From: Camelus ferus
Lineage: Eukaryota
NCBI RefSeq assembly: GCF_009834535.1
Contig: NC_045696.1
Span: forward strand, 16,618,001-16,682,000
DNA length: 64,000 nt
Direction: 5' to 3'
Part shown: in pieces, positions 60,965-64,000 of the stretch
How positions within the stretch are numbered: position 1 is the stretch's first letter
Layout of the letters: every line of letters begins with the position of its first letter
Position numbers and translations under genes: made by a program
Notes under the pieces: model-generated
Told to the model about the DNA's origin: nothing
The model's database searches: none
Seen by the model: only the letters and a program-made list of their open reading frames with translations

Positions 60965-63900
60965 TTGATTTAAATTAATTTCAGTTACCACAGAAAGCCC
61001 CACATGTTACATAGGAACATAAAAAAAAGCTTGTTTCTCTGATAATTTTTTTTAAGATTGTAATGATGCACAGAACAGTAAGAAATTTGGAACAACACGT
61101 TTTAGCACATTATGATGTTTTGATTTGAATGTGACAATGATTTTAAAGATGACTATTCACATTATTTTCAAAATAAAATTTGATTTAAAAAAATAAAACA
61201 TTGCTGTATTAAAATGTTCATTAAATTTATTTCAAAAGTGCACTCATATTTATAAAACTGTTATATATCCTTTAACGTAAATGTGACTTTTGTTTTTGCT
61301 AATGGCAGTGCTTTCCAGTGTATAAAACATTTGCAATCAACATATACTAATCGGATTGGAAACCCTAAGAGAGTTAAGGAGGCAATGATCAAAGGTGAGA
61401 CTGGGGTGGACGCTAATGCGAGAGGGAAAATGGATCTAAGAGAGGGCAGAGGGCTGTGTCTGAAGACACTCTGCTCTGGCTGGCATTAGACAGAGGTCGG
61501 AGAAGCCGCTCAGTTACCCCACACCTCCTGGAATGAAGAATTTGAACATTCTCTTACTTCTTTTTCCTGATACTCAACCTCTGACTCAGAGTTGGAGAGC
61601 AAGAACTGCTATTTAAAACCATTGCCAACGGCACATCCCTTCTATATCTTCTCCTTTCGATTAGTAACTCCTTAATTTACAGTCTCAGGGACAGCACTGT
61701 CTCCATAAGCTTATTTCCTCTTATCAAAAGGAACAGTGGAAGATGTGAGAACCAGACCTTAAGCAGATTAAAGCGTAGTTGTGAAGTCCATCTGCCAAAG
61801 GGATCTGTGAGTATTAAGGATACCCTGGAGCTGAACGGAGCTTACTTTAGAAGTGTCACTGCTTTTGTACTTGAGGATTTGTTGGGAGTTTTGTTTTCCA
61901 ACTTTCCATTTAGAAAGTGGGTCATTAAGGATTGTCATTTGCTGAAAAATTAACCCTAAGTGCTGTAAGTGCCTTGAAAATAGATGAAGTAGATTTTTAA
62001 GAGTTAGAGAATGCAAGTCCTTTAGAAAGTGTTTAAAAAAGAACACAAAGGGTTTACATTTAGTACATTTTAGGAGAGACATGATATAAGCTTATCTGCT
62101 GCAAGCAATGCATGTCTATAACTGACCTTGCTCAGAAAAAATACTCTTGTCAAATTCCTTTTCTATAAATGGAGCGTCTCTCCCTGCGGCTGCTATTGAT
62201 TTATCCTTCCAGGGAAGACAAATTTTACAATAGGTCAAGCCTGATATTAGCATCATGGCATCCTCTGTTCATTTTGCTTTAATGGTCTTCTTTACACTTA
62301 GTATAAATACTAGGTTAAATAAAAGTATGGTAAGGGTGATGCTTCATTTTTTTTTTTCCTGTCTTTTCTTCAGAATCCTGATGTAACTGTAAAATAATGA
62401 TTGCATTGTTTAGCTTGTGAATATTAAATTAGTACCTTTATTTGGATCTTTATAAAATATTAAATTAATTCTACCTATAGGCTGATGCTTCTGCTAATAC
62501 CCTACACTAGTTTGAAGTTATTAACATTCTTCATGGCAAGATCGTGTCTGTTTAACAAACTACCCTAGCCTTTTGTTTAGAATTATCTCAGTACTTAATA
62601 GACATTCTACTTATTTATTCTGCTGAATAAAATAAATACATAAAAAGTGAATTAGTTATAAGACTGAGAGTGAAGACCAGCCAGTCATTAGCCTAAAGAA
62701 GGAATTTTTATAAACATGTTTTTTTCCTACCAGCTTTTGGCAGAAATGAGAAGAGAGAGGTTGTTTTTTTTTTTTTTTCCTCCAGAACTCCAATCATCAT
62801 TGATTACAGTTCTGGAATAAAACAAAGTACTTTATTGGAAACTTTGTGTCTACATTGAGCCTCTGGATGGAGGAGGTAATTTAAAGCTTATTTCTCTTCC
62901 CAATGTTACTTAAACCAGCTACACTTCATCCTCTGGAAGTTCTCTTCTGATCCTTAGGCTTTGACATGAGATTCTGATGATCTTGCTCCCTGGCTTCACT
63001 GAAATCGTTGCCAAAAGAAACTTTTCATTTTATAAACAGAAATATTCTTCCCTTAAGGTAAGGAGGAATAATGACCAGGCTTGAATCTGGGGTCTTAGTA
63101 AAAAACTGTACACAGTTCAATTCTACTACATAATTTTAAACTATGTACTTTGCACTGTATTTATTTTGGACTAAATAATTCAATTTGATGAGCATTATTA
63201 AAGTTTCCATTATCATGGTCAATTCCAAGGAATGTTGATAAGCTTCCAGTTCATCAGCTGATAATTTTTCTGTAATCATGAGCAAAATAACTACAAATTA
63301 ATGACCAGGAATCATGTAGAATGAAGAGTGAGACTTGAGATAAGTGTTTCAGTACAGACTGTTTCTACTGATCAAAAATCACCAGAGTCCTGCTCAAACC
63401 TTTGCTGCAGTTCCCATGTAAACTTGAAATTTGTAATCTTGGAGGCAATCTGATGAGAAGGAATTGCTAAAGCCTTAGAGAGTAGTAGACACATGTAATC
63501 TACGTTTATACAAAGCCTCAGCTTTGATTTGATGTCTTCCTATTAATGTCTTACAATGGAAGAACCAGAAATTGTATCTAAGTAGTCTTGGGAGAAACAT
63601 CATGGATGTATCAGATGAGCAGTGTATATTCAGATCTGATGTTTTGTCTTACAAATTTCAATATACCTCTTTTCAGGAGAAGAAACAAGAATCTAATGCT
63701 TTATTGCAAGCAATCCTTTAGGTTTGATAAATTCAACCATTCTACTTGCCTTTTTTTTTTTTTTTTTTTTGGTGAATACCTTCCAGTTTTTCAGTTAATT
63801 GCTGCCCCTTTTCTGTTTATATAATTTATCAGGTTACTTATGGGACCAAACTAATTTTACACCGTTATGTTCCCTTCATCTTCTCACATTTTGAACACAG

Positions 63901-64000
63901 AATTACCCCTTTTCTTAATCTATTCAGAGTGCCTCACTTAACGTCATTGATATACCCGCAATACATCATTCTGCATTTTCACATGAAGAGGATGAAGCTG

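Noticed and set aside
1..64000. ORF-track entries as host protein-coding genes
   Set aside because: All are short (60-182 aa), many low-complexity or starting at TTG/GTG, and none resembles a protein I recognise apart from L1 remnants; this is expected noise in mammalian non-coding DNA

Overview
Mammalian, AT-rich, repeat-dense non-coding DNA (intergenic or deep intron). It is most likely from a camelid (alpaca/camel), because it carries two tRNA-Ala-derived SINEs of the vic-1 type and several artiodactyl-type L1 3' ends. I could not recognise any host protein-coding exon. The only ORFs with real homology are degraded L1 ORF1/ORF2 pieces. The window holds many L1 insertions (several with readable target-site duplications), old L2/MIR, ERVL/MaLR solo LTRs and hAT/Tc2 DNA-transposon relics. 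The most interesting non-repeat signals are: a small CpG-island-like segment with a minus-strand TATA box at ~30.4-30.9 kb, a near-consensus CTCF site at 25.3 kb, a perfect 24-bp RUNX/E-box palindrome at 19.27 kb, and several homeobox-motif-rich candidate enhancers. Unusual retrotransposition products include a polyadenylated LTR-like retrocopy, an RT-only L1 insert with its own TSD, a three-part inverted L1 and a very long flanking duplication. Repeat family names come from my recall of consensus sequences, not from a database search. I see no evidence for a new multi-gene system.
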